From Amoebidium appalachense (taxonomy: Eukaryota > Protista > Ichthyosporea), in the NCBI GenBank assembly GCA_963693365.1, contig CAVNZM010000008.1, positions 4,922,310-4,986,309 on the forward strand: a stretch of 64,000 nt of DNA, in the 5' to 3' direction. Of this stretch, positions 21,031-35,053 are shown piece by piece. Positions within the stretch are counted from its first letter, which is position 1, and each line of letters begins with the position of its first letter. The translations under genes and the position numbers were made by a program. A model generated the notes under the pieces. The model was given only the letters and a program-made list of their open reading frames with translations, did no database searches and was not told the DNA's origin.

Positions 21031-22426
21031 CACACACAAACACACACATACACACACACACCGTCCCCAGACTCCCAGCAGATCACTTGAAAAGTTTTAT
21101 TTGTTGTTGGACCACCACCTTTATTCACAGGCTAAGTGTATTACTACTATTCCGTCATTAATAGAGTGAGAACTATCTACTACTGTACTATAGTTAATCC
21201 CTGCAAATATTAAACTTTAATAGGTCGATTCTCTCTCTCTCTCTCTCTCTATCCCCCCCCCCCCCCCCCCCCCCTCCCCCCCCCCCCCCCCCCCCCTCCC
21301 TCCCTCCTTCTCCCTCCCTCCTCCCTCCCTCCCTTCTCCCTCCTCCCTCCCGCAGACGTCGACGTCTATGTTGGTTTTTTCAGGCAAACACACCATCGAT
21401 ATTATAATATGTATCGGCTTACACGCCGTGTGGATGCGTGAAACCATACAGACAGCTTGGTGGCTCAAACGATGTGGCTTTGAATACAAAGCGTTCGGTA
21501 GGTAGCTACCGAGCTATTCTTAAGAATAGCATATTATCGTAGTCAAGGTAAATTTCTTCGATCTGATACAGTAGCATTTATGTTTTTCAAGGCTATGGAC
21601 GTACGTGTGCATAGGTACACGTACCAGAAATGATTTAGAATTGTGATTCCCATGCACACTAATATTAGGTGCAGCGCGTGCAAGTGCACGTCGCATGTGT
21701 CCGATCACGGTGATCAGTCGGGCAGTGGGCGACCACGCAGACATACATAATGTGTGAATTCTAACGTCATTCTGATATCACGAACGGGTGAGCGCGTACA
21801 TGCGTAAAAAGTTCGTAAATACATGCTTTTTTCTCTTTTGACTTTGACAGCTAATAGTGTACGCTCGCATCCCTCCATTTCTGTGTGCACGGACACCAAG
21901 TCTTTAGTGTGTGCATGCCGCTCCATCAGGTGGGGCACGTTACTGGTGCGTGTATAGCCAATCATGTGTGTCTGCTCCCAGCAACCAATAGAACTGCACC
22001 AACGAAAACTAAATATGGCTTGTTTTTGAATTACGTAACCGTGGCCGGTGGCGAGGTTGCCGGAGGAACTCAGATATGGTTTGTCTTTTTGTTGGTTTAT
22101 TTTTATATTTACTGTTAAAAGCAACCAAAATACATTGATAAAAAATAGAAAAGGTTTAATTTTTATATTTTGTGGTCTCAAAATTTTCTCGATGGACAGC
22201 CAACTTGCCAAGACACCCCAGTAACGCGTGCATGCAGCATATGCATTGCCGATACGATCGATATCAATCATTCAATCTATTCACCAATCATAACGCACCA
22301 GATCTGCTTATGGGCATGGTACATCCTGCAGGTAAACAAAGGTAACGGGCCCCATTATGACCCATGTAGGACTCATAATTACATATCTCCCCCCGTGCGC
22401 ATGCTAACACGCAACCAACCTCGCAC

Positions 22427-22433
22427 TATAAAA
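22427..22433 (+). promoter_or_regulatory. Putative TATA box
   Basis: TATAAAA ~100 bp upstream of the ATG at 22531. Confidence 0.45.
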
Positions 22434-22530
22434 CCCACTCCCGCAGCCACTTTCCAATCGACAACAACACACCAAGCTTGTTAGCAGTCGTTCTCTAAAC
22501 CATCCAAAACACAATTGTACAGAGAAAAAC

Positions 22531-23264
22531 ATGAAGTCGATCCTTTCCACCACGCTCTTGTTCGGTCTAGCGGTCTCGCAAACCCCCGCAACCACTGCTG
22601 TTGCGGAGTATGAGCCTGCCGTTGCCACCACCGAGGCGTCCGCCCCGGAGGTTATGACAGCCGCCGCCGCCGCCCCCACGCCTGCAACTGCACCTGCACA
22701 GGGTGTGCCCGTTAAGCTAACAAACGTGGTCGAGTTTTACGACAGGAAGTACGCCACGATTGATAATGCTTTCTACGCTGCGCCCATCGACAAGAGCCAC
22801 AATTGCACGCATATGAATGTAGGTGTTGCCCATTCTTTCCTACCACTCTTTCTCCCCGACCCCTCTCTCTACCTCTCTACTCCTCTGTCTAACCCCCGGG
22901 CCATCTTTCTCTCCCCCCCCCCCCCTTCCCCCCCTCCCCCCCCCTCCAACCTCTCACCTTTCCTTAAGCTCTTCGTAGACAGCGCAAAAAACTTTCGATG
23001 AAAGCACACACACACAAACATATCTGCCATTTGGCCCTTTGAATGCACACATACATCCTTCCTTACAGACAAGTCACACAAAACACACATCAGCGCACAT
23101 ACAGACACACCCAACAGGTGTCTACTCATGACACACAAAAGTATGCTTATCTCTCCCCCATGCACTACACGAAGCCCTACACGAAGCCCCCAAAAAAATC
23201 GAACCCACAGCTCCTTCTCTCCTCCTATCGAAATATGAAACCAAACGCACGCACGCACGGACAT

Positions 23265-23317
<53 letters not shown>

Positions 23318-23708
23318 CACGCAAACACACAGCATCCCCAAGATGTATCCAGAGCCTTTTCCACCACCGTCCCCACCATACCCACCATCTCACACAACAC
23401 AAATCCCACACAGTGGCTCGCCGTTCCCGAGGGTTGGAAAGTCGCAACTCCCTCCGTCATGACTCTTCTCAGTGTCGAAGCGAATGATTTCGGTACCCCC
23501 ACGCTCATGCTTGAAGACGCCGCATACAATCACGATCTCTCAAAGGCTGCGCCCGTGAATCTCCTTGAAACGAAAGACATTAACGGAATCACGTTTGTAC
23601 GTTCGACCATGTGCCCTGCTCGCATCCTTCTGGAGAGCACAGACCTGATTGCCAACCCCAAGCTGCCCTACGAGCCAGCTGTGAATATCACTGAGTTCAT
23701 CACTTTCA

Positions 23709-23758
<50 letters not shown>

Positions 23759-24535
23759 ACGGGTGTGTGCTTGCACAATACCATGCACTGCGAGTGTGTG
23801 GAAGGGAGGGGGTGAGGGGGAGGGCACGGAGGGGTGTGGGGGGGGGAGGGGGGAGGAGCGGAGGATACATCTGGTACAGGACGAACAGGAGGGGCGGGCA
23901 GGCGGAACAGGGGGGGAGGGGGGAGGGGGGGGAGAGGGGGGGAGAAGGGGCTCAAGTGAACGAAGAGCTTCACAAGTTTTGTAACAGAACTTTTAGACCG
24001 AAAAAGTAGCATACATCACCACAACTAAAGTTTAAACACACACACATATAACATACACTTAAATTTTCCTCCCGCCGTAATTACAGGGCCGCGACTATGC
24101 CGCCATCGACAACCACAAGAAATCCGATCTGGTGTGGCTCACGGCCAAGCCATTGGTCGAGGTTCCCGCCGGCTGGGAGGTTGCCGCCGACAACGACGAA
24201 TCAAAAGCAGCCACCGTCATCTCAGCCCGCTTCTTTTTCGGCGCAAAATGCAAAGTTTTTGCTAGCGGCAATGGTTATGAGGAAACCATGAGCTCCAACG
24301 ACGCCACCTGCGGGCCCAACATGCTGAAATTCGTTAACTCCAAGGCTATCAATAAGGTTTTGGCTGGGCCTGCGCTGAACCGCGTCGGTCGGGTTATTAT
24401 TAGCCGCCCGTCTACTAGCCCGGATACGTGGAACGCTAGTACACCCATCACTAATGTGTATGTGACTAAGAATGGAACCAAGTTTGCTACTCTGGACAAC
24501 ACACCTGCAAGCATAATTATCTCTAAACAGGTACG

Positions 24536-24574
<39 letters not shown>

Positions 24575-24964
24575 CCGCCGAGCCCCTACTCTCCCTTCAC
24601 CTCCCCGTCCCTCCCTCCCCCCCCCCCCCCCCACCCTGTTTCTTCTTGCATCCCCCCCCCCCCCCACTTTTCCTCCTTAAATTCTACCACATGTGCTAGA
24701 TAACGCTGTGAGATATTCCTCCCTCCCTCCCCCCCCCCCCCCCCCTTCTCCCCCGCTTTCACATGCACATATCTACGGCACCCGCAAGACAGCTCTTTAG
24801 TGAAAGATGTCAAAGATAGTTTCTAAAGTTCCTTTACCCCTCCTCCTCTTCCCCTCCTCATCCCCCCCCCCCCACCCTTCCCCCCACCCCGACCCCCAAC
24901 CCTTCCCCCCTCTCTCCCCCTTCCCCCCTCTCCCCCGCCCCTCCCTCTCTCCCCCCACCCCCCT

Positions 24965-25006
<42 letters not shown>

Positions 25007-25390
25007 TTTTTCACCCCTCCCCCCCTTTCCACCCACCACAGCCTTGCCAAAACGTTGCCATGGAGATGCCCGAGGGCTGGACCCTCGCCACCCCCAGCCA
25101 CCCCGGATGGAAGGAGGCCGCCAGGCAGCAGTTTGGCACCTATTGCAAGGGGCTGAGCCACAACGGCACCGAGTGCCCGTATGTGGTGCTCAGCACTGGC
25201 AAGTACTATGGTGTAAAGTACTGCAACGGCAAAGTGCTGGCCTACAAGATGCCTGCACCATGCAAGTATGTATTCACGTCCACCCTCCCCTCCCTCCCCC
25301 CCTCCCCTCCCCCCCCCCTTCCCCCCCCGCCCAAAAAAAAAAAAAAAAAAAAAATTGAAACGACACACACGCACACGCACGCGCACGCAT

Positions 25391-25429
<39 letters not shown>

Positions 25430-25893
25430 GGCAGAAAGACACCTGAATAGCCCTTTTTCCCTCGCCAGTTCGCAAAAAATTGCCCCCCACCCCTCTCTCC
25501 CGCCTCCCCCTCCCCCCCCCCCCCCCCCCCCCCCCAACCCCGGAAAAAAAGACTGTAAAACATGCTCAACCACTAATACAATGTTGGTGTTGCCTTATCC
25601 ACCCGTTTTAGTAAACCATCCACTAATCTCCTCTCATTTTTTTCCTTATTAGGTGGCAGTGGAGTGAGTGGTCCACCTGCTCCAAGGACTGCATGCACTC
25701 TCGCCAGGCAACCGTCACCGAGCCTGCCGAGGGCAACGAATCGTGCAACCTCCCGTCCAATCAGAATGAGCCTTGCATGGGTGATGGTTGCACTGCCGCA
25801 CAGAGGGCAAGTGCTGGACGCAACAACGTGCAATCGGGTACGATCAGCTTGATCGTTGCGATTGCTACCATGATTGCGGGAATGTCTCTGTAA
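22531..25893 (+). CDS. Secreted, probably GPI-anchored surface protein: three uncharacterised repeats plus a thrombospondin type-1 (TSP1) domain
   Basis: Exons 22531-22818, 23414-23710, 24087-24530, 25042-25265 and 25653-25893, all in phase. Signal peptide MKSILSTTLLFGLAVS, then an Ala/Thr/Pro stalk. Repeats: KYATIDN..WLAVPEGWKVA..DFG, DYAAIDN..VEVPAGWEVA..FFG, KFATLDN..MEMPEGWTLA..QFG. TSP1: CKWQWSEWSTCSKDC..R..C..C..C. Hydrophobic C-terminus TISLIVAIATMIAGMSL. Confidence 0.85.
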
Positions 25894-26495
25894 TTTTAAA
25901 TTGCAGAGGTCTGTAATTTAGGTGTTCTGTTTGAGGATTGGATGTTTAACGACGCCGTTTCACGACTTGGTCTGTAATTTAAGTGTTCTGCGATTTCAAA
26001 TTACAGGAGTTCAGTGGATGGAGGTGGAAAGGATTGGATGTTTAACGACATTTGTGTTCACGAATTGCAACGATTCTGTGTATATAGCTCTGTATTTTCT
26101 GTATGAAAGTTTATGACTAGTAAAAGTAAATATATATGTATAGTCAGTTGCCTTCTTGTGCAGCTCCGAGTCAGTCAGTCCCGATAGATAAGTCACATGG
26201 GTGTCAACGTATTTGTGATATACACAAGAAAATGTAACCAAATTGAATTGTTGAATGATTGAAAATATCTTCTTTGTTCTATGCCTCTCACTCTAAAGTG
26301 TTGCCCTGGTGGTAATGAGTACCGTAACGTACGAAAAATAAACATAATATTTCAACTCAGAATATCTAATTGTTATCCCACCACATGTGTAGGGTCATAT
26401 CAACATGTTCCCTCTCCCCGAAAGAAAATTGCATCGTCGAATCCCTACAACTGTAATATATTGTCTCCTCCTCCGTATCTGCACGCGTGTGTGTG

Positions 26496-26534
<39 letters not shown>

Positions 26535-26653
26535 GGAGCTCCTCATCCTCCCTGCTAACGGTTCCCCGGCTCACTTTTGTTACCCGCATAGCAGCCTCGT
26601 ACCCATCTCCCCCCCCCCCCCCCTCCCTCCCCTCCCTCCTTCCTCCCCCCCCC

Positions 26654-26684
<31 letters not shown>

Positions 26685-26970
26685 ACAAACGTGGCCACAC
26701 GCAGCCAAAAAAGAACTTAACAACAAAATTCTCGTCCCCTTCGGTTTCTTTTATTCTCTGTCTGGCCCTAAGTTGCTTACATAGCTAAGCTTCACAATTA
26801 TTGGTCTTTTTTCCTGCAAGTCCTCTTTTATATCTATCTTCCATCCCCCCTTAAACTGTTTGATTTTGGATTTCCCACTTTTGTGACGTTTTGTTGTTGC
26901 ACTTTGTTGTCTCTCCATATTTCCAACCCTCTGACGCATACATCATACATCACCCCCCCTCCCCCTCTCC

Positions 26971-27008
<38 letters not shown>

Positions 27009-27013
27009 CCCCC

Positions 27014-27058
<45 letters not shown>

Positions 27059-27367
27059 ACAAACACACAGCTGGCCACACAGTACACTCACTCACGTGCA
27101 TCATGTGCCCGTACAGGCATATATACACGTACACAAACTTCAACTTCGGCACACACAGACGAACGGTCATAAGCTTACCTCGTGCCCTCGACATCATCAT
27201 GCTACGTATACGGCACATCTTCTTGTTTTTTTTGTGTGTCCGTAGTCAGCAACCACCGTGCGCATACCCCCCCCCCCCCCCCTCCTCCCCCTGCCCCCCA
27301 GCCTTTCCTCTCCGCCTTGGAAATATTGATGTCTTAATGGCGTTTGAGGGCAAGAGAGTGTGGGTGG

Positions 27368-27982
27368 CTATCGATGATTGGTGGGCGTGGTATTACTAGA
27401 ATGAGAGGGAGAGCTGTAAAGGTAATGGTAGGTAGACAGTGTGCTCGGGGGCCTTGGGGGGTGGGGGGTGGGGGGGGGGGGGGGGGGAGAGAGGGGGGGG
27501 GGGAGGGAAGCTCGAGGGGGGAAGGGGGGGGGGGGGGGGGGGGGGGAGGTGGGAAGGATCAGACTGTATTACGGTATACAGTGCAAAGTACACATTCACG
27601 TGCATAAAGGTCACAACAGAGTGACTGTATGTCGGGCAAAGCATTCACGTGACACAAAGAATATGCGTATCAAGGGGAAGGGTTGTTGTTGTTCAAAATT
27701 GTCGACGTCAGCCTAATTAATCCGCCTCACACACACACAAACACGTACACAACCACGATCACATACATGCATGCATACACGCACACACACACGTACACAC
27801 GTGTACACTGTACGCACGCACGGACGCACGGACGCACAAAGAAACGCGCGCATGCACACACACACCCACACACAACCAAAAACGTTTCAAGTAAACAGAA
27901 AGGAGTGTCCTTTTTTTTTGGAGCCTCCAAGACGTGAAGTCGGTACTAATTACATAGCACACTGCAAGCTTACGAAGCGACG

Positions 27983-28016
<34 letters not shown>

Positions 28017-28038
28017 ATGTGCGTGTGTGTGTGAGGGT

Positions 28039-28093
<55 letters not shown>

Positions 28094-29821
28094 CATGGTC
28101 TTAATGTTGCATTGAAGCAAAATTTTGAAGGGCACCAAAAAAAAAGGCCACATATACTGGGCTCTGGTTTTCTTTTGATTTTTTTTATGGGGCTGTGGTC
28201 AGGTGCCGGCACCAGGACAACAGCATTTCCATATAGCAAATTTTAGAAAAAAAGTTGTTCGGGTTGATATATATATCTCAGTCAACATTCTCAGACTCCG
28301 GATCAAAACATTCCTAATCCTATTACGAGGCGCCAAACAATAAAAATGAAAAACAAAAAAAAATAAAAGGAAAGAAAAGGGAAAACGGAACATATGACAG
28401 GAGGCATAAGAGCAAAACGGACGGGGGGGGTGGTTGTGTCGACCACCAGCCCAGAGACATACGTCAATCAAAATTTTCACAAGGGCTAAACCTAGATATA
28501 TAGATATATCCTCGAGATAAGCTCCTACAATTTCAAATTCCGCACAGACATTGCATAAGCAAAAATGTCAATATTGGTAGCGGCATACGACACCCAACCA
28601 CCCACCAGTCTATCCACGATTACATATATCTCCCCCTGCCTACTTTTGGTGACTCGGTAAGGAATAGAACACCCCCCACCCCCACTGCAACTATATCACA
28701 CAAATCATATCCCGGAAATATATCCAAGAATATCCAAAACCAAGTTGTGCAGCCAAATCTATCTGGCTCTGCCTGCTGGTTGCTAGTGGTGGCCTGAAAG
28801 GAACCAAATCATCCCCGCCACAAAACAACGACCACACCAAAACATATCCCAAGAATATCTCCAGGAATATCCAAAGACAGAGTGAAAATGCTACCAAACC
28901 CACCCAAGAATTAAAAAGTTACATAATACCTGTGTATCTCCCTCTCTCACTCTGCTGATGCTTGCTATAAAAGGGAATGGAATGCCCCCCCCCCCCCCCC
29001 CCCCCCCCCAAAAAAAACACAACCATCCTTAAAAAATGTGTCTAGGATATATCCCCACGGGACACAACAAAACCAAAAGAAACTATCCAACAATTACATA
29101 ATACGTATATCTCCTTTTCTACCTGCTGGTGGTTGCCTTATAATGGAAGTAGAACGCACCCACCAACCCTACAACAGTAAGTGCGGTGGTTACAATATCC
29201 ATAGTGGTCCATTCCTTCGGAACATATCCAGTATCCACGACCTTTCTGCTCAGAAAAGAAAACGAAAGTGGGGGAGAAGAAAAAAAGCCGGGGGGGGGGG
29301 GGGGGGGGGGGGGGAGGGGCGGGGAGGGACAGGGAGAGCAGAGAGAAGGGGAGAATGTGGGGTGGGGGTGGGTGGTGGGGAAAGAGAGAGAGGGAGAGAA
29401 AGAGAGGGGGGGGGTAGAATGCTGTACAAGGAATTGGGGATAAACTAATTAGCAACAGCTAATGGGTGCGGAGGAGTGGGAGGTGTGTTGGGGAGGGCAA
29501 AGGGGGCTTCCTGTCTCTTTGTTCTCGGTCCCTATCTCTATCACTTGCCCCTCTGCCTCCCCCCCCCCCCCCCCCCCCTTCCCCCCCTCTCTCTCTGCCC
29601 CCCCTCTATACCTCTCTCTCTCTCTCTTCCCCCCTCCCCCCCTCTTTCTCTCTCTCTGTGTGTGTATTCTTTTTTTCTTTTTTCTTTCTTTCTTTTTTTC
29701 TTTTTTTTTTTTTTGGGGGGGGGGGGGAGGGGGGATCAGGCCACGGCCAATACGGTTGGGGACCTTTTCCTCCAAGTCTCCCCCCCCCCCCCCCCCTCCC
29801 CTCCCCCCCCCCCCCTCCTCC

Positions 29822-29860
<39 letters not shown>

Positions 29861-30454
29861 ACACACACACACAAACAACCAAACATCCACCCACACCACC
29901 ACCACCTAGGGTGTTGTGTGTTTGTGTGTGTGTGTATGTGTGTGTTTGTGTGTGTGGGATAGAGAAGGAGGGGGAGGGGGGGGGGGTTTTGAATGCGGAA
30001 CACAGTACGAAGTACGCATACACGATGAGAAGCATGGTGCAGGACACATGCAAAGGCAAACATTCAAGAATGCAGCATCAGCCATGCGCACAGTATGCGT
30101 CATAAGCAGAGCCCATCCTCAGGGGGGGGGGGGGTATGTGAGTGTGATCAACCGGCGCAGAAGTACAAAGAAACGAGGGCAATAAGATGCAAGAGCTAAG
30201 AATGACATGCAAAGCATAACCCGCACCAGATATACTTTGGGTGTGTGCGTGTGTGTGGTTGGGCGGGGGTGGGAGGGGGAAGGGGGGGGGGGGGGGGGGG
30301 GGGGGTTCTTGCCTTGAGCGTGGGGAAAGCGGTGCACTGGCCTCCCCGGGGATGACCAGGTGGGGGTCCAACATCCGTGCTTTTTCAAAGTGGATCTTGG
30401 CCTGCCCCAGGTCCTGGAATTTGCAAATCTCGTAAGAACCCCCCATCCCATAAC

Positions 30455-30485
<31 letters not shown>

Positions 30486-31590
30486 CAAAAAAAAACCGCC
30501 CAACCACCAACAACTGGCTAAACCCATTAAGCCTAACCCAAATCATATTATCCCCCCCCCCCCCCCCCCCCCCCCCCCTCCCTCTCGCTCCTCCCCCCAA
30601 ACCCTTCAGGCACGGCCGCCGCCACGACCGCCACCAACCGTTTCTCCCTCCATCTGGCTTTCATTTAAACCCGGCAGAGACTCAGAGTGTGCAGGATGCA
30701 CTACACCCCTGTTGAGCACTTCCCTTTTACTGGTTTTCCAACATCACAACGCCGATTTTCAACAATGTCGTACTGTGTACCTCCTCCTCCCCCTCCCCCT
30801 CTTCCCCCGGCCGTTCCTCCTCAAACCAAAAAAAAAACAAAGAAACAAACAAACAATAACCCCCCCCCCCCCCCCCCGATTAGCTCCCTGCGAAGAACAG
30901 AAACATGAGCAAGGGAATACATGCACGTGGGGGAAGAGATAGAAAAGAAGGAGGAAAAAAAGAAAACGAAAAAGAAACGACCGAAGCACCCTTAGCAAAG
31001 GGGGGAACAAAAGGGGCGGCTGGGGGGTGGTGGCGGGAGGCGGGGGGGGGGGGGGGGGGGGGGGGGGAGGGGTTTCAAGGCCAACCTTAGGCAGAATATC
31101 TCCCCCCTTGAGATATAGCTGGCCTAGCTGGAAATGCGCTGCGGCAGACCCCAGTGCCGTGGCCCTGACGAGACACTCCACCATCAACTTGTCGTTGCGC
31201 TCAAGACCGGGTCCTATTGGACCCCCCCCCCATAAAGAAAAAGTGGGTGAATTTCAATAGGGAGGTGAGATATGTCATCAATGGTCTTGCGCGTGGTTCG
31301 GCATATCTCCCCCCCCCCCCCCCCCCCCACACACACAAAAAATAATATTAGGTAAAATAAAAAATGCATAAATGCACACAAATAATCAACTCACACCCAC
31401 GCACCACCACCTACACACACACACATGGGCAAAAAAAAAAACATGCATTGGTTTATCAATTGAACTGATTTGTGAAGTGCTCCCCCCCTCCCCCTCCAAC
31501 CCCGGGGCAGAGAACTCCACCAATATTCGCTCTTATAGCACGGACAGTTATTGGCTACCAATTAGTTCAAGATACTTTGTTCTCATCCCC

Positions 31591-31621
<31 letters not shown>

Positions 31622-31634
31622 AAAAAAAAAAAAA

Positions 31635-31665
<31 letters not shown>

Positions 31666-31850
31666 ACACACACACACAATACCAAGTGAAAATACACATG
31701 CCCTGTCCCCCTCTTCCCTCCCCCATGGACCCCCCCCCCCCCCCCCCCCCCCGCGCGTCTCCCAACCCCTACACTCATACCACCCCTCTCCCTCAACTTC
31801 CCCAACACAACCGATACACAAAACACCCACTGGCCAACACATGCAATCCT

Positions 31851-31889
<39 letters not shown>

Positions 31890-33311
31890 CCCCTTGCCAC
31901 CTCCCCACCCCCCTCTCCCATCCCCCTTTCTCGGCAAACCCCAAACCCCCTCCCCCCCCCCCCAACCCACTTCCCTTCCCCCCTCCCCCCCCCAAAACAC
32001 ACGCACACACACACACACACACACACACCCTACCTCCCTCCCCGTAGAGCAGACTGAGACTGAAGTGAGCATTGGCTGCATCCACTTTTTCGCTCTCCGT
32101 CGCTGTCTCCGTAGCTTTCCTAATTAGGAAACCCCCCCCCCCCAAAGTCCACTGGTCAGCATGTGTCCATGCGGGCATTCCATGCCCATATTTGGAAAAG
32201 ACCCCTTCCCCCCACCCCAAACCCCTCCCTCCCCTTTCCGCCTCCCCCCCCCCCCCCCCCCCCCCATCTCTCCCTCCCCTTCCCAATCTACCCCATCCCA
32301 CCCCACACCCCAACAAGCATTTTGAAGGGCTGTTTTTGCACTCATTCTGCCATCCCCAGGGTCTAAACACGTGGTCACCCGGCAAACGGCTGCCTCCTTT
32401 CCTTTTTTTTGTTTCCCCCCCCCCCTTTTTTCAAGGGAGAAAGTAGCCTTCCATGTGTGGTACGGCACTCACTAACCCGGAAAACGGTTGCTTCCCCCCT
32501 CCCCCCCTTTTCGTTTTATCTTTCTTTCTTTTTTCCCCTCCGTTTTCCAAGGGAGATTATAGCACTATGGAGAAAGAACAGTAGGGAGTAACCCAAATAC
32601 CATCGTGTGGTGGGAGGCATTTACCTGTAGCACTCTGCGGCCTGAGAATAGTCCTTTTGTGTGCCCCACCCCCTGTGGTGCATGTTGCCCAGCTGCAGCC
32701 AGCCAGATGCACGGCCCTGGTCAGCGGCCTGCTGGTACAACCGCAGTGCCTGTGTACGTGTACGTGTACGTGTGAGTGTACGTGTACGTGTGGATGTGTA
32801 CGTGTGTGGGTAAGCCTTAGGTGTAGGTGCACGTGTATATGTACGTGTGTGGGTAGGTGTAGGTGTAGGTGCACGTGTATGTGTGCGTGTGTGGGTAGGT
32901 GTAGGTGTAGGTGCACGTGTATGTGTACGTGTGTGGGTAGGTGTATGTGTAGGTGCACGTGTATGTGTACGTGTGAGTGTGCGTGTACGTGTATGTGTAT
33001 GTGTATGGGTAAGTGTAGGTGTAGGTGCACGTGTGTGCGAATACGTGAACGTGTGCCGCTGTGTGTGTGTGCGCGCGCACGTGTTGGTAGGTGTGTGTGT
33101 GTGTGTGCATGTGCAGGTGTATGTGTGTGCACGTGTACGTGTGAGTGCGCGTGCGTGTTAAGAGGGTGCGGTGTGTGTGTGTGTGTGTGTGTGTGTCTAT
33201 GGACGTGTAAATGGATGGGTGATGGGAGGGGGGGGGGGGGGGAGGGGGGCAGGTCGTGCGTGTGGCTGGCATAGTGTGTATGTGTCTGGAGGGGGGGAGG
33301 GGTGAAGGGGT

Positions 33312-33360
<49 letters not shown>

Positions 33361-33899
33361 GCGGCGCGCATGTGCATGTGAATTTGTGTCTGCTGCTATG
33401 TAGAAGTGTGTGCTGAAAGGCAGGCAGGAATGAAGAAAAGGTGAACAAAGGTGTGGAGATTCTTCGAACTGTGTGAAGTAATGTGCGGCAGGAACAAAAC
33501 ACACACGTATGCCTTCCCCACGTATGCTCTGCATCCATGCCTCTCCCGGCTGTTCTAACCCAACCCCCCCCCCCCCCCCCCCCCCCCGACACACACACCG
33601 GCGCCGCAACCTCCCCCCCCCCCCCCCCCCCCTCCTACACCCACCCCCAGCCCACCCACCCGCGCCCTCTCTGCCTACTCATCACACAACACATACACAA
33701 CAACATACACTTGCACACATGACACAACCACACTACCCCCTCTCCCTCCTTATGCCCCTGCCGGGCTCTATCACATATACTGTCACATACATTGGCACAC
33801 ATACACACAAAGGCACGTACCATCTTGTGCACACACAGAGACACACAGGACAGAAAGTGAAACACTCACGCCCACCCATCCACTTACCCACCCACTCAT

Positions 33900-33947
<48 letters not shown>

Positions 33948-34677
33948 ACACCCACACACGCATACACACACACACACGCACCCACACACACACACCCATA
34001 CATGCACACACACACACACACACGCACACACACACACAGACGCACACACACACACGTACACACCTCCTTCTCATCTTTCTTGACTGGGTAATGCGAGTCC
34101 GGGCCCACCCTGTGGATGAATCCCAACTTGCAAAGCGCATCGGGCTGGCCTTGGGCTGCCATAAAAGGAAGGTGTCAGCCCATATGTGGAAAGAATAAGT
34201 CCATATAAGGAAGGTACACGCCCATAAAGGAATGTGTGAGCCCATATATGGAAGGATTGAGTTCATGTAAGGAAAGAACAGGCCCATAAAAGGAACGTGT
34301 CAGACCGTATGTGGAAGGATTGCTACCATATAAGGAAGGTACAGGCCATAAAAGGAAGGTGTCAGGCCATATATGGAGGGAGTAAGTCCATATAAAGAAG
34401 GTACATGCCCATAAAAAGAGGTGTCAGACCATATAAAGCAGGAGTAACTCTATATGAGAAACGCACAGGCCCAAAAAAGGAAAGCGCAAGACCATATATG
34501 AAAGGACCAACCCTATTGTGGGTCCTTTTTTTTCCTGGCACAACAGGCTGCAGGCTCAGGTGTGATCACTAAATCAAACGGATATGTAGAAAGTGAAACG
34601 TGAGAACTCGGTAACCAAATCAGAGAGATAGGAAGGGAGAAGGAGTGATGGTGTTGAAAACGGCTGGATTTTTTTTT

Positions 34678-34727
<50 letters not shown>

Positions 34728-35015
34728 TCGACAGAGAAACAAAAACACGCACAAGGGGGAAAAGGGAAAATAATGACGGGGGGAGAGGATTGAAGGGGGA
34801 GGGAGGGGGGGGGGGTAGAGAAAGAGAGAGGAGAGGGAGAGGGGAAGGGAGGGGGAGGGGGAGAGAGGGAGGGAGAGAGAAAAGAGAGACAAAGAGAGAA
34901 AGAGAAAGAGAGAGAGAGAGAGAGAATGAGAGAGAAGAGAGAGAGAGAGAGAGAAAGGGAGGGATGGAGGGAGAGAGGAAGAAAGGAGAGAGAGAGAGGG
35001 GGGGGGGGGGGGGGG

Positions 35016-35053
<38 letters not shown>

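Noticed and set aside
21714-22271. 185-aa minus-strand ORF
   Set aside because: No true ATG start, recognisable domain or coherent splice structure.
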